DNA from: a virus
Lineage: Duplodnaviria > Heunggongvirae > Uroviricota > Caudoviricetes
Virus record (IMG/VR): IMGVR_UViG_3300002834_000024
Location: 64,001-128,000 of that record
Direction: 5' to 3' (one strand)
DNA: 64,000 nucleotides
This document shows positions 9,827 to 19,867 of the stretch, piece after piece; positions within the stretch are counted from its first letter, which is position 1; each line of letters begins with the position of its first letter. The notes beneath the pieces were generated by a model. The model saw only the letters and a list, made by a program, of their open reading frames with translations, did not search any database and was not told the DNA's origin. Made by a program: the position numbers and the translations under genes.

Positions 9827-10372
9827 TTAATTTCCATTTCCTAAAAAACACCTTATTTTATTAATTAAAACTTTGGGACTGTTTTCATCATTCTTATGAA
9901 CTATTGTGTTTAAAGAATAATAATTAGAAAAATTATTTTTCATATTATCCAATTTTTTGATATGATCTGGATCTGAATAGATAATTGTTTTCATCCAAAT
10001 TTCTTTTTCTTCTTGTTTTCTTTGAGTATCATCTGGTGGTAATGAAAGATTACAACAAATTCGTTCTAAAAATGTAATTCCATGTATTGGAAAATACTTA
10101 CTATAATCAATTGGATCCATACCATTTGGATTTATATTTAGTCCCAATATTATTAAATCAAAATCACCACAATATTTTTCCCAATATGTCAGTGCTGATG
10201 TATAACTTCTACTATGTTTTATATCATAACCTGTACTATGTTCTAATTTTTCTTTTAAAACATAATCATCTTCAATTAACAATATTCTTATCTTCCCAAT
10301 ATCTGCTTTTGATAATACTTCATCAATAAAGCCTTGAAAATCATTTGATAAATCCATATAAGATAATTTCAT
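9827..10372 (-). CDS. Response-regulator receiver-like (pseudo-receiver) protein
   Basis: RILLIEDD, DLIILG (Gly at the usual phosphoacceptor Asp position), GITFLERI, IIYS. Confidence 0.6.
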   Translation of the reverse strand: MKLSYMDLSNDFQGFIDEVLSKADIGKIRILLIEDDYVLKEKLEHSTGYDIKHSRSYTSALTYWEKYCGDFDLIILGLNINPNGMDPIDYSKYFPIHGITFLERICCNLSLPPDDTQRKQEEKEIWMKTIIYSDPDHIKKLDNMKNNFSNYYSLNTIVHKNDENSPKVLINKIRCFLGNGN

Positions 10373-10443
10373 ACAAATATATCAATTTTTATTTAATTCT
10401 AAAATATTGGTTATTTCTATTTATAGATATATAATATCATATA

Positions 10444-12252
10444 ATGGCTAATTTACAAGTAATAAGAACCGAAGTTAATACATACGATCATTGGGTGTTG
10501 GATAGAAAACATTATTATGATTTTTTCATATCAAGAGAACCACATTATGCGGATATTGATATGAATCAAGATTGTGTCGCAGTTACAATTGATCCAAATG
10601 AACCAGAATGTATTGGTGAAGATGGGGAAACATTATACAGTTCAACTATATGGAAAGATGCGGTTAATACAGGTATTGAATTACCTGATTGGGGGTTTTG
10701 TTCGATTGATAATGGTTATACAAAAATTGATTGGAATACAGATGATTTGTTGGATATATTCACAAATACCACATTAACAATTCCAGAAAATGATTTACGA
10801 TTTTATATGAAACCAGTTGAAGGTTTTTATTATTGTGATCCAAAAATTGATTACAGTACATCTATTGAAGAAGAAAATGGTCAAAAATTTATCAAAGCTG
10901 ATGGCGGTTTTTATCAAGGGTTTTATAAATTATTTTTACCTGAATATACTGGTCAGAAATATCAAACAATGTATAATCGTCCTGAACAGGTTGAATCATA
11001 TGAATTTATTATTCGCCCAAGAAATATTACAAAGGATAATACTTTGAACTATTATTTTCCAGAAAATAGCGGATTTTTCTTTTATAAAGGAACACGTGCT
11101 GAAAATAAATGGTGGTATTATTCAAACAAGATTAATATGGAAAACTTTGAATATTTAAAGAAAACTATTTTAGAAAATGGGTGGTGTAATTATGATGAAT
11201 TATTAGACCCAGATGAATTAGCAAAAGCAAAATCTATTTATGAAAGTTTATACACATCATCTGGTGTAATATTAAACACACCAAACTTTACTGAATTTGA
11301 ATCAAACAATAAATATTTATTTTTTAACCGAACATGTTGTGGTTATCTTGTTAGAGATGAAGATAAACCAGAAAGTGTAATAGTTGGTTATCAAGAAAAA
11401 AACAAAAATCTGAATTATTATTTATTGTTTAATCGCAGTATTGATTGGAACACAGGACAACCATTGGGACTAAGAGTGAAAGATTTGGAACCAACTGTTG
11501 GTTGTTGTACATTTTCTTATTGGTCATATTTCAGTAAACTATATAGATGTGATCCGTATAAACGATGGAATTTTATTGACAAACCATTACAAAACTTACC
11601 AGATGAATTTAAAGATATTGACATATATGATAATCAATATCATGAAATATTTTCTGATACTTTTAATAATGCAATGGGATTTAGGATAACCCCAAAAGGA
11701 CAATTAGGTTATCGGATAAACATACAAAATTGTGATGATGATAGAAATGAAAATCCAACTAAACTATTAGAAGAATATTCATCAGAAAATATTATTAATT
11801 GGGATCAATGGAATCATATTGTTGTTAAAATAGTTTATGATATTCCAATTAAAAATCCAGAATGTAGTACACAACCATCACGAACTGGTACAATTTCATT
11901 TTATGTTAATGGGTTTTTAAAATTTATATCAAAAAAATATAAAGAACCAATGTTTAAAGAACTGGCAGAATATTTTGAAAAACAAGAAGGTGTACCATTT
12001 AATATGAGTTTAATGGGCGGTTCACAAGGGTTATTGGAAACAATATTGTCTAATAATCCACAAGATTATGACAGATATATTTTTCCAATAGAAAGATTTT
12101 TTACAGGTACATTAATGGGGGATTTAAGATATTTTAGGATAGGTGAATGTAATATTGGATTAAATCAAATCAGAAACATGTATATTAATTTTAGACAAAT
12201 TATACCATTGCCACCCCCAATGTTTACAGTTCAAATAAATAATTTAACATAA
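10444..12252 (+). CDS. Putative structural protein with a C-terminal LamG/concanavalin-like domain
   Basis: WNHIVVKI...ISFYVNGFLK...MGDLRYFRI pattern; late-type motif 18 nt upstream. Confidence 0.5.
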   Translation: MANLQVIRTEVNTYDHWVLDRKHYYDFFISREPHYADIDMNQDCVAVTIDPNEPECIGEDGETLYSSTIWKDAVNTGIELPDWGFCSIDNGYTKIDWNTDDLLDIFTNTTLTIPENDLRFYMKPVEGFYYCDPKIDYSTSIEEENGQKFIKADGGFYQGFYKLFLPEYTGQKYQTMYNRPEQVESYEFIIRPRNITKDNTLNYYFPENSGFFFYKGTRAENKWWYYSNKINMENFEYLKKTILENGWCNYDELLDPDELAKAKSIYESLYTSSGVILNTPNFTEFESNNKYLFFNRTCCGYLVRDEDKPESVIVGYQEKNKNLNYYLLFNRSIDWNTGQPLGLRVKDLEPTVGCCTFSYWSYFSKLYRCDPYKRWNFIDKPLQNLPDEFKDIDIYDNQYHEIFSDTFNNAMGFRITPKGQLGYRINIQNCDDDRNENPTKLLEEYSSENIINWDQWNHIVVKIVYDIPIKNPECSTQPSRTGTISFYVNGFLKFISKKYKEPMFKELAEYFEKQEGVPFNMSLMGGSQGLLETILSNNPQDYDRYIFPIERFFTGTLMGDLRYFRIGECNIGLNQIRNMYINFRQIIPLPPPMFTVQINNLT

Positions 12253-12301
12253 AATCTAAAATAATGGTGTATTTATTTGAATTTTAAATTAGATTAATTA
12301 T

Positions 12302-14215
12302 ATGATTTCACAAGAAGAACAAGTAAAAGAATATGTTAAATGTTTTGAAGATAAAAGTAGAATATACTTTATAGAAAATTATTTTAAAACATACGATGCA
12401 ACTATTGAACGAGTTGTACCATTCAAATTATTTCCTAAACAAAAAGAATATCTTTTAAATTGTGCTAACAATTCCAACAATATTGTTTTAAAACCAAGAC
12501 AATCAGGATATTCAACTGTAACATGTGCTTATATTGCAGCAAGTCTTGTATTTGCTGGAATGGATAACCATGAAGTTGTATTAATAATTGCAAATAAATT
12601 AGATATGTCACAAGATGACTTAGCTAAATTAAAGGATTTTTTATTACAAGTTCCCCGATGGTTTTGGGGCGAAGATTATTATCATCCAGAAGAAAATGCA
12701 CTTAATGATAAAGGGAAAAGAATTAATGATGAAAAAGAAAATTCAATATTTGTCAGAGAAACAATCAAAGAATTAACATTATTTACAGGTACTAAAATGT
12801 ATGCCAGATCGAGTGGTGCAAATGCTTCTCGTGGTATTAGTGCATGTTCTTATTTGTTTTTAGATGAAGCAGCATTTATTGAAAAAGGTTCAAAGGTTGC
12901 AGCAGCAGCTATCCGAACAATGGGTAGTGTTAAAAATAAACATATCTTTATGGTTTCAACACCAAACTTGAAAGATAGTTTATATTATCCAACATATCAT
13001 AATGCACAACTTGGTTTAAACAATTATAAAATTACTTATTTAAAATGGTATTATGATCCACGTTACAATAAAAACTTAAAATGGTATAAGGAATTATTAA
13101 CTACTGATGTTGATGGTAATGAAATCAAAGAAATAATATGGGAAAATGAATCAATTATAGATAAAGTAGGTAATATAAGATACCAACCAGACCGATGGAA
13201 AGAAAAGGAGGGTGATGGGTGGAAAGCAACTTCCCCATGGTTTGTTGAAGAATGTAATAATTCAAACAATGATGCTATTTTAATTGCACAGGAATTACTT
13301 TGTTCATTCATAGGTTCTGGAAATGTGGCTGTTGATCCGAAAGTAGTTGAAATGCAGAAGAACAAAAATGTAACCGACCAATATAAAACAGATCCAATTT
13401 ATGATGATATACGAATATTTAAACCACCAATAACAGGTCATAGATACATATTGGGGGTTGATGTTAGTAGGGGAGATGCTGGTGATAATTCGGCGTTTGA
13501 ACTACTTGATGTTGATGCAATAGATGAATTTGGTATCAAATATATAGAACAAGTTGCAGAATATGAAGGCAAAATGACTGGGGATATTTTGGGCGAATTA
13601 TGTTTTAAATATGGAACACTCTATAATAACGCATTAATAGTTGTTGATTGTATTGGTGGTTATGGAGAATCAACTGTATTAACATTACTTAATTTAGAGT
13701 ATCAAAATCTTTATTATGAAACAGTTCAAAATAAAGATTATATGATTAATTCTCCAAAATTAGAAAAATTTGTTTCAAATGATGAAAAATTACCAGGTTT
13801 CCATGCAAAATCAGCAAGAACATATATGGTTTCCACATTTATTCAAGCATTAAAAAGTAATCTTTTAAGAATTAGAAGTATTAGAGTTATTGGTGAATTA
13901 GAAACATGGGTAATTAAAGCAACAGGCAAAATTGAACATTTATCTGGTTGTCATGATGATACATTAATGAGCATTGCTATGGCAATGTTTGTATATGAAC
14001 ATAACTTTATTAAAATGAAACAACAACAAGAGGCTGATGCTGAAATTCTTAAATCATGGATAACAACATTAAAAGTAAAAGAACCAGAAAAACAGCCAAA
14101 TAATATTGATATTTCACCACATAAAGATAAATATAATATGTTCAAGATATATCGAGGTAATCAATTTACTAACAAAAATCAAAACCCATATTCTTGGTTG
14201 TTTAGTAAAAGATAA
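12302..14215 (+). CDS. gp17: Terminase large subunit, T4 gp17-like
   Basis: KPRQSGYST (Walker A), LFLDEAAFIE (Walker B), MVSTPN, GVDVSRG and HDDTLM (RNase H-like nuclease). Confidence 0.96.
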   Translation: MISQEEQVKEYVKCFEDKSRIYFIENYFKTYDATIERVVPFKLFPKQKEYLLNCANNSNNIVLKPRQSGYSTVTCAYIAASLVFAGMDNHEVVLIIANKLDMSQDDLAKLKDFLLQVPRWFWGEDYYHPEENALNDKGKRINDEKENSIFVRETIKELTLFTGTKMYARSSGANASRGISACSYLFLDEAAFIEKGSKVAAAAIRTMGSVKNKHIFMVSTPNLKDSLYYPTYHNAQLGLNNYKITYLKWYYDPRYNKNLKWYKELLTTDVDGNEIKEIIWENESIIDKVGNIRYQPDRWKEKEGDGWKATSPWFVEECNNSNNDAILIAQELLCSFIGSGNVAVDPKVVEMQKNKNVTDQYKTDPIYDDIRIFKPPITGHRYILGVDVSRGDAGDNSAFELLDVDAIDEFGIKYIEQVAEYEGKMTGDILGELCFKYGTLYNNALIVVDCIGGYGESTVLTLLNLEYQNLYYETVQNKDYMINSPKLEKFVSNDEKLPGFHAKSARTYMVSTFIQALKSNLLRIRSIRVIGELETWVIKATGKIEHLSGCHDDTLMSIAMAMFVYEHNFIKMKQQQEADAEILKSWITTLKVKEPEKQPNNIDISPHKDKYNMFKIYRGNQFTNKNQNPYSWLFSKR

Positions 14216-14250
14216 TCTATAAACTATTTATTGTAAATAATAATACATTC

Positions 14251-16005
14251 ATGAAGATTATTCCAAAATTAAATGAAATAAATTATACTATTGTTCCCCC
14301 ATCTAGAGATGGTGGTAAATCTGTTGGTACACAAATAAGAGGTTTAAGGGATGTTTTCAAAAGAGATGATGATACTATAACTGTTGATGATGATGCTGTT
14401 TTTGAAGAAAAAGAAATTGTAACCGAAGATGCTGCATCGGGAACTGATCAATGGTTAAAAGTATTTGATACATTGTTACAACCTAATGGGGGTGATGTTG
14501 GTCCAATACACAATATTCCAAAACAATTAGCACATAAATTGCGTATTCCAATTACAGCAGAAGTTATTAACATATTACAAGATAGATTTATTAATCAACC
14601 TGAACTTTATCAAAACATTACATGGTTAGATAGAAGTCATAAAGTATTAAAAAATGCTGGTGTTGGAAAAATAATTACAGACCAAGATGATAATATCACC
14701 TATTATCGAAAAGGGGCAATTCAAAAAGATGAAGTTACTTTACAAGCATTAAGAAATTTTATTAATGTTATCAAAGCCAATAGAAACAATATAGAGGGTG
14801 ATGTACAACATCTTGATAAAATAATCAGATCATATGATAATTTATTTAGTGGTGAGGGAAATGCTGACCAAAAGAAAAGAGGCGGTGGATCAACCGCTAA
14901 ACGTACTGGTATTCTTGATATAACAAAGGATTTATCATTTAGGGCAAATGAAATTAATAATTTTATTTTTGGGGAAATTAAAAAGTTGGAACAGGGGCAA
15001 CCAGAAAATCCAGGTGCAACAGATAGAATTGAAAGATTAATTTCAACATTCAGAGTAACAACACAAAGTGTAAAATTAAATGCAACACCAGATCAAAAGA
15101 AAGCAATAGCCATAAAACAAAAAATTGATAATACCAATGATCCAATTGAAAAGAAAAATTTGGAATCGGAATTAAAATTTTTGGCTGCACAAGGTGTAAA
15201 TCTACCAGATAATGTTGAGGGTGATGATCTTGTTGATGCTAATTTACTATTGACTTATGCAACATTGATTGGTAATTTAGGATTGGTAAAATCTGTATTT
15301 GAGTTACATGGTAGAGAAGTTAATTTTAAACAACAAGAAAGAATTGGTGGTAAATTTTCTAAAAGTTTGATCAAAAGATTAAAAGATTTTGCAATACTCA
15401 ATGATTATACAGATATAGTTACTGTATTAACCCATCATGCAGGTATTAAAGAATCATTTATGCCAAAGAAAATTATTATGTCTGAAAGACAGGCAAAATT
15501 ATTATCCATGTTAAAAGAAGAAACATTAAATGAATGTGATTGTCTTATGGGTATGACATTAGCCTCGCCAGACTTTTTAAATAGGGATACTAATAAATAT
15601 CCTACTTATGAATCGTATATGGAAAAATCTGATGAAAATATTTCTGAAAATACAGCAACAGATATAACAAAAAAAGAAATGGGTTATAGACACCCATCAA
15701 ATCACAGAAAAATTAAAAACATTGATAAAACTGATTATTGTAAAAAACTAAAAGATGAAAGGGAATCTAAAACTAATGTTGCTCAAAATGTAACAAGAAA
15801 TGTTAAAACATTTGGTTATAAAACCCCAACAAATAGAAAGAGAAGTATGTCAGTACATAAAGGTGATAATGTGGAAGAAAAGGAAAGAAGAAATGATTTT
15901 TTTGCTAAAGAAGTGAGAGTTAAAAGATATGAAAATAAAGTCTTTACTAAAAAAGAATTAATTGAATCAATATTAAAAAATAGTAGCACAAATGAAAACA
16001 TTTAG
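14251..16005 (+). CDS. Hypothetical protein, candidate internal head protein
   Basis: Late motif at 14224; hydrophobic-x-E sites; internal KKIIMSERQ leader-like motif; one ankyrin-like segment. Confidence 0.45.
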   Translation: MKIIPKLNEINYTIVPPSRDGGKSVGTQIRGLRDVFKRDDDTITVDDDAVFEEKEIVTEDAASGTDQWLKVFDTLLQPNGGDVGPIHNIPKQLAHKLRIPITAEVINILQDRFINQPELYQNITWLDRSHKVLKNAGVGKIITDQDDNITYYRKGAIQKDEVTLQALRNFINVIKANRNNIEGDVQHLDKIIRSYDNLFSGEGNADQKKRGGGSTAKRTGILDITKDLSFRANEINNFIFGEIKKLEQGQPENPGATDRIERLISTFRVTTQSVKLNATPDQKKAIAIKQKIDNTNDPIEKKNLESELKFLAAQGVNLPDNVEGDDLVDANLLLTYATLIGNLGLVKSVFELHGREVNFKQQERIGGKFSKSLIKRLKDFAILNDYTDIVTVLTHHAGIKESFMPKKIIMSERQAKLLSMLKEETLNECDCLMGMTLASPDFLNRDTNKYPTYESYMEKSDENISENTATDITKKEMGYRHPSNHRKIKNIDKTDYCKKLKDERESKTNVAQNVTRNVKTFGYKTPTNRKRSMSVHKGDNVEEKERRNDFFAKEVRVKRYENKVFTKKELIESILKNSSTNENI

Positions 16006-16264
16006 AAATTATTTATATGATTTATTTTCAATGGATAATCAACCAAGCTGCCGATTATTATTTGGTAGTTTAGGTTTTTTAATCTTCATTATACTAATTG
16101 TTTTAACTGTTGTATTTCATTTTAATGGTGAAGCTGAACATGTTGATCTAATTAAACATCTTGGATACATATCCGCAAGTTTAATTGGATTGTCAGCTAT
16201 TGATTTGTCTAATTTGAAATATAATAGAAAAGAACCAGAAGAAGATACAAAGAAATCACGATAA
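15992..16264 (+). CDS. Small membrane protein with two transmembrane segments (possible holin)
   Basis: Two hydrophobic segments and a charged C-terminus, 90 aa. Confidence 0.4.
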   Translation: MKTFRNYLYDLFSMDNQPSCRLLFGSLGFLIFIILIVLTVVFHFNGEAEHVDLIKHLGYISASLIGLSAIDLSNLKYNRKEPEEDTKKSR

Positions 16265-16283
16265 TATTCCGTTCTAACTATTT

Positions 16284-16335
16284 AAAATTTCATGTAATAT
16301 CATTATATTATTTAAAAGATATTACATGAAATTTT
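16284..16335. repeat. Perfect 18-bp inverted repeat (hairpin, possible terminator)
   Basis: AAAATTTCATGTAATATC (16284-16301) and GATATTACATGAAATTTT (16318-16335), 16-nt loop. Confidence 0.8.
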
Positions 16336-16374
16336 TTATTTAATAATATATATAAACAAAAATTATATACCAAT

Positions 16375-17730
16375 ATGACAACAGAACGTGAAAAATATTT
16401 GGCAATGATGAAAGCCAGTCAACAAATGTTAGACAATACAAGAGATGAAATGGATTTAGTAAAAAAAACAAATCCAAAAAAAGATATTGCTGATATTAAA
16501 CATATAGATGATATTCAAGAACAAATTGACCAACAATTCATTAATGAGGGCGTTGAACCAGTGAGTAAACAACGTAGTAAACGGCAAACAAAAGTTGTTA
16601 AACAATCACCAACCCAACAACCACAAGTACAACAACCTGGTATGAATAATCCCCCAGACAAATATACAAAAGAAAATCCATATTATAATTTTGGGGATAA
16701 TGAAGAACAAAAAACGGTTAATGGCTTACCAAAAAGAGAATTGCCAGAGAACGAAAAAAAGATTATAGAAGAATTAACTAAACAAGCTGAAATAGTTCCA
16801 AATAGAAATTATGAGAAGTTTACTCCACCAATTTCAAAAAGAAAATATGATGTCATACCATTACCATCAAAAGGACAATGTTATCCGCACAAAAAAAGTA
16901 AATTACCAATATTTTATTTAACAGCCAGAGAGGAAGATTTAATTACATCATTTAATCTGTATAAGGGGGGACTTTTAATTGATTCTATTTTAAAATCAAC
17001 AATGGCTGATAGTGAAATTGATCCAGATACATTAATTCAAGCTGATATAGATGCTATAATTTTATTTTTACGTGCAACTGCATACGGTCCAGAGTTTCCA
17101 ATTATTGCGAGAAATCCACATACAGGCGAACAATTTGAAGCGACTATTTCATTATCAGACATTGGATATAAAGAGTTTACTGGAGTTGGGGATGAATATG
17201 GGTGGTTTACCTACACAACTGGTGATGGCGATTTAATTAAATGGACATTATCAAACAGGGCTGATGATAGAATGTTTGAAAAAATGGTAAGTGATGTTGA
17301 AAAAAGTATTCAATCATCTAGAATATCTCAAATGGTTGAAGATTTAAGACTATTAGGAAAGGTTGGTTTTGAAGAAATTACACAAAATGATTTATTATTT
17401 TTTGACAATACTTGTAATAAATTAGAACTCATTAAAAATAAATTAAAATATGGAAATGAAGGACAATTTTATTCAGATGTATTAACAACTAAAATGGCTA
17501 TGCTTACCATGAGTATTAATGGTGAAATGGATAGACAATATGTAAAAGAATATATATACAATATGAGAGCTGGCGAGGCAAGAAAATATCGTAAACATAT
17601 TGATCAAAATGTACCAGGTTTAGATTATTCTATTGAATTAACAATTCCAGAAGGACAAGAGGGTGCTGGTGAAACATTTAAAACATCATTAACAATTGAT
17701 GATAGTGTATTTTTAAATTATAATGATTAA
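16375..17730 (+). CDS. Baseplate hub subunit, T4 gp26-like, with an N-terminal extension
   Basis: YDVIPLPSKGQCY...YLTAREEDLITS...DIDAIILFLRATAYG...PGLD motifs. Confidence 0.8.
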   Translation: MTTEREKYLAMMKASQQMLDNTRDEMDLVKKTNPKKDIADIKHIDDIQEQIDQQFINEGVEPVSKQRSKRQTKVVKQSPTQQPQVQQPGMNNPPDKYTKENPYYNFGDNEEQKTVNGLPKRELPENEKKIIEELTKQAEIVPNRNYEKFTPPISKRKYDVIPLPSKGQCYPHKKSKLPIFYLTAREEDLITSFNLYKGGLLIDSILKSTMADSEIDPDTLIQADIDAIILFLRATAYGPEFPIIARNPHTGEQFEATISLSDIGYKEFTGVGDEYGWFTYTTGDGDLIKWTLSNRADDRMFEKMVSDVEKSIQSSRISQMVEDLRLLGKVGFEEITQNDLLFFDNTCNKLELIKNKLKYGNEGQFYSDVLTTKMAMLTMSINGEMDRQYVKEYIYNMRAGEARKYRKHIDQNVPGLDYSIELTIPEGQEGAGETFKTSLTIDDSVFLNYND

Positions 17731-17736
17731 TTTATT

Positions 17737-18144
17737 ATGGCTGGATGTAGAAATTCTGTTAATCAAATTTGTAAAGATCTGAATGATATTCTTCATTTAG
17801 CAATCCCATGCTTACCAAAAATACCAGCAGTAGTATTGGCATTAGGCGCACCAAGTAGAAAGGGATTAAACAAAAAGATGATTTCAAGTAAAATTATTTC
17901 AAGATTTTCGGAAGTTGGTATTCCTAATGGCGCAGATGCAGCTGGTAATCAAAATGTAATGGAAGCCTATACAGCATTAGTTGTTGATGAAATAATTGAT
18001 GCTATTTGTTATGATGCAAGAGTTGATGTCGCATTTAAACCAATGGCTATAACTATTATGGGAACTGGTGGAAATGCTGGGGGACCAGTCGTTGTTCAAG
18101 GATATAATACTTCATTTGCATCTACTAATGGAACAGTTGGATAA
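17737..18144 (+). CDS. Hypothetical baseplate-region protein
   Basis: ORF within the baseplate operon, tightly packed. Confidence 0.55.
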   Translation: MAGCRNSVNQICKDLNDILHLAIPCLPKIPAVVLALGAPSRKGLNKKMISSKIISRFSEVGIPNGADAAGNQNVMEAYTALVVDEIIDAICYDARVDVAFKPMAITIMGTGGNAGGPVVVQGYNTSFASTNGTVG

Positions 18145-18145
18145 T

Positions 18146-18337
18146 ATGGAAAATAAAAAAAATACATCAATAGATTGGAAACAATTTACATCGGAAGAAA
18201 TTAATTTAAAAAAAATTGATTTGAATAATACATATCAAATGTTACATAAAATGTGTTTAGATTTGTTAAAACGTATGGATGAAATAGAAGTCGAGTTTAA
18301 TAATGCAAATATAGAATTAGAAAACAGAGGATTTTAA
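18146..18337 (+). CDS. Small hypothetical protein (start re-assigned to ATG 18146)
   Basis: MENKK start lies 1 nt after the upstream stop; helical/coiled-coil composition. Confidence 0.55.
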   Translation: MENKKNTSIDWKQFTSEEINLKKIDLNNTYQMLHKMCLDLLKRMDEIEVEFNNANIELENRGF

Positions 18338-18338
18338 A

Positions 18339-19289
18339 ATGAGAGTAAATCACGAAATAGTAATTAAACTTGGAACAGTCGTAAATAACAATGATGTTTA
18401 TGGCGGGGGTAGAGTTCAAATTCGTTTAAATGATGATGATATACTAAATGATGACGAATTACCATGGGCGTTTCCGTTAATACCTAAACATTATCATATT
18501 ATTCCCAAAATTGGCGAAGCCTGTTGGGTATTTGCACCACAAGCTGGACAGTTTAAAAAGATAACTGAACGATTATATATTGGCCCAATTATATCACAAT
18601 TGGATAGATTGGATAAAGAACAAACCATGACAGCAAAATCATTTTTTGATAGTGCTTTGGTTGATCAATCATTAAATCCTCAATGGCAACAAGATTCTGT
18701 TGGAATTTATCCAGAAAGTGGTGAAGATGTACGAGAAGTTGGAGAATTTATAGGACTTCTTGGTAGACAAAATAACGATGTACTATTAAAAGATAATGAA
18801 CTTTGGATACGTGTTGGAAAATACAATGTTACTAATAATAAAAAAGTATTCAGTGAACATCCAGGTTTTATAAAAATGAAAAATTATAAAGATGTTTCAC
18901 CAACATATAATCGAATTGATGAGGCTGGAAATGTTGATTTTAGTTCAACATACAAAACAGTAACAACAGTCGTTTCAGATGAAATACTTTTAATTTCAAG
19001 TAGTCCTGATGCAAAAGGTGAAGATAAATACATGCACCATGGGGGTAAATATCCTGTTAATAACCCAAAAGAAATGGTTGATGATGAAACCATTCAAGAA
19101 ATATTGGAAACAGCACATAGACTTCCATATGGAGATGTATTGGTGGATTTTTTAGATAAATTACGTTCAGCATTTTTACATCACACGCATAATATTGTTT
19201 TAGTTGAACCAGTTCGAGATAAAGAAATTGAAAATATTGCTGCATACGATTTAGAACAAATGCTAACAAATAATATTAAAATTAATTAA
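18339..19289 (+). CDS. Baseplate central spike/hub protein, T4 gp5-like (N-terminal OB fold)
   Basis: LGTVVNNNDVYGGGRVQIR...LPWAFPL...IPKIGEACWVF; C-terminal HHTH. Confidence 0.8.
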   Translation: MRVNHEIVIKLGTVVNNNDVYGGGRVQIRLNDDDILNDDELPWAFPLIPKHYHIIPKIGEACWVFAPQAGQFKKITERLYIGPIISQLDRLDKEQTMTAKSFFDSALVDQSLNPQWQQDSVGIYPESGEDVREVGEFIGLLGRQNNDVLLKDNELWIRVGKYNVTNNKKVFSEHPGFIKMKNYKDVSPTYNRIDEAGNVDFSSTYKTVTTVVSDEILLISSSPDAKGEDKYMHHGGKYPVNNPKEMVDDETIQEILETAHRLPYGDVLVDFLDKLRSAFLHHTHNIVLVEPVRDKEIENIAAYDLEQMLTNNIKIN

Positions 19290-19290
19290 A

Positions 19291-19635
19291 ATGATATTCT
19301 CAAAAAGTAATAAAAATCTACCACCTATTAGATATAAAAATACTATGATGAGAAAAACAAATATCAGATGGAGGTTTCAAGATTTTGCCTTTAATGGTTT
19401 AAATCCAGGTTATGAGATTCCATTAAGACAAGAAATTTTTGGTTTAAGAACAGTTGTTGGGTTTACAATGGATGAAATTTTAGATATGCCAATTCAAGAT
19501 AGACGATATTATACTATTTTACATAATGAAAAGGTAGAACGTGAAAATCAAGCAATGAAAGGAAATACATCACTTGAAAATAGTATGGGTGATGTTAGAC
19601 ACATGACAGAGCAAGCTAATAAAGCAAAAAAATAA
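19291..19635 (+). CDS. Baseplate hub assembly protein, T4 gp51-like
   Basis: QEIFGL...GFTMDEILDMPIQDRRYY...EKVERENQ pattern; position after the gp5-like gene. Confidence 0.65.
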   Translation: MIFSKSNKNLPPIRYKNTMMRKTNIRWRFQDFAFNGLNPGYEIPLRQEIFGLRTVVGFTMDEILDMPIQDRRYYTILHNEKVERENQAMKGNTSLENSMGDVRHMTEQANKAKK

Positions 19636-19866
19636 TTATCTTTGACTATTATTATATCTATAAGTTATTCTTCCACGATTTAAGTCATATGGGGACATTT
19701 CAACTTTTACTTTATCACCAGTTAATATCTTTACATAAGATATTCGCATTTTTCCACTGATAGTACAAATAATGGGATGACCATTATCTAATTCAACCCT
19801 AAAATTTGCATTTCCAAGTGTTTCGGTAACTGTTCCATCTACTGTTATACAATTCTCTTTTGCCAT
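19636..19866 (-). CDS. infA: Translation initiation factor IF-1
   Basis: [30 protein letters not shown]...ISGKMR...[24 protein letters not shown]. Confidence 0.97.
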   Translation of the reverse strand: MAKENCITVDGTVTETLGNANFRVELDNGHPIICTISGKMRISYVKILTGDKVKVEMSPYDLNRGRITYRYNNSQR

Positions 19867-19867
19867 T

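Noticed and set aside
3065-19635. Tailocin, eCIS or T6SS interpretation of the sheath and baseplate genes
   Set aside because: Capsid, portal and terminase genes are present, so this is a complete phage
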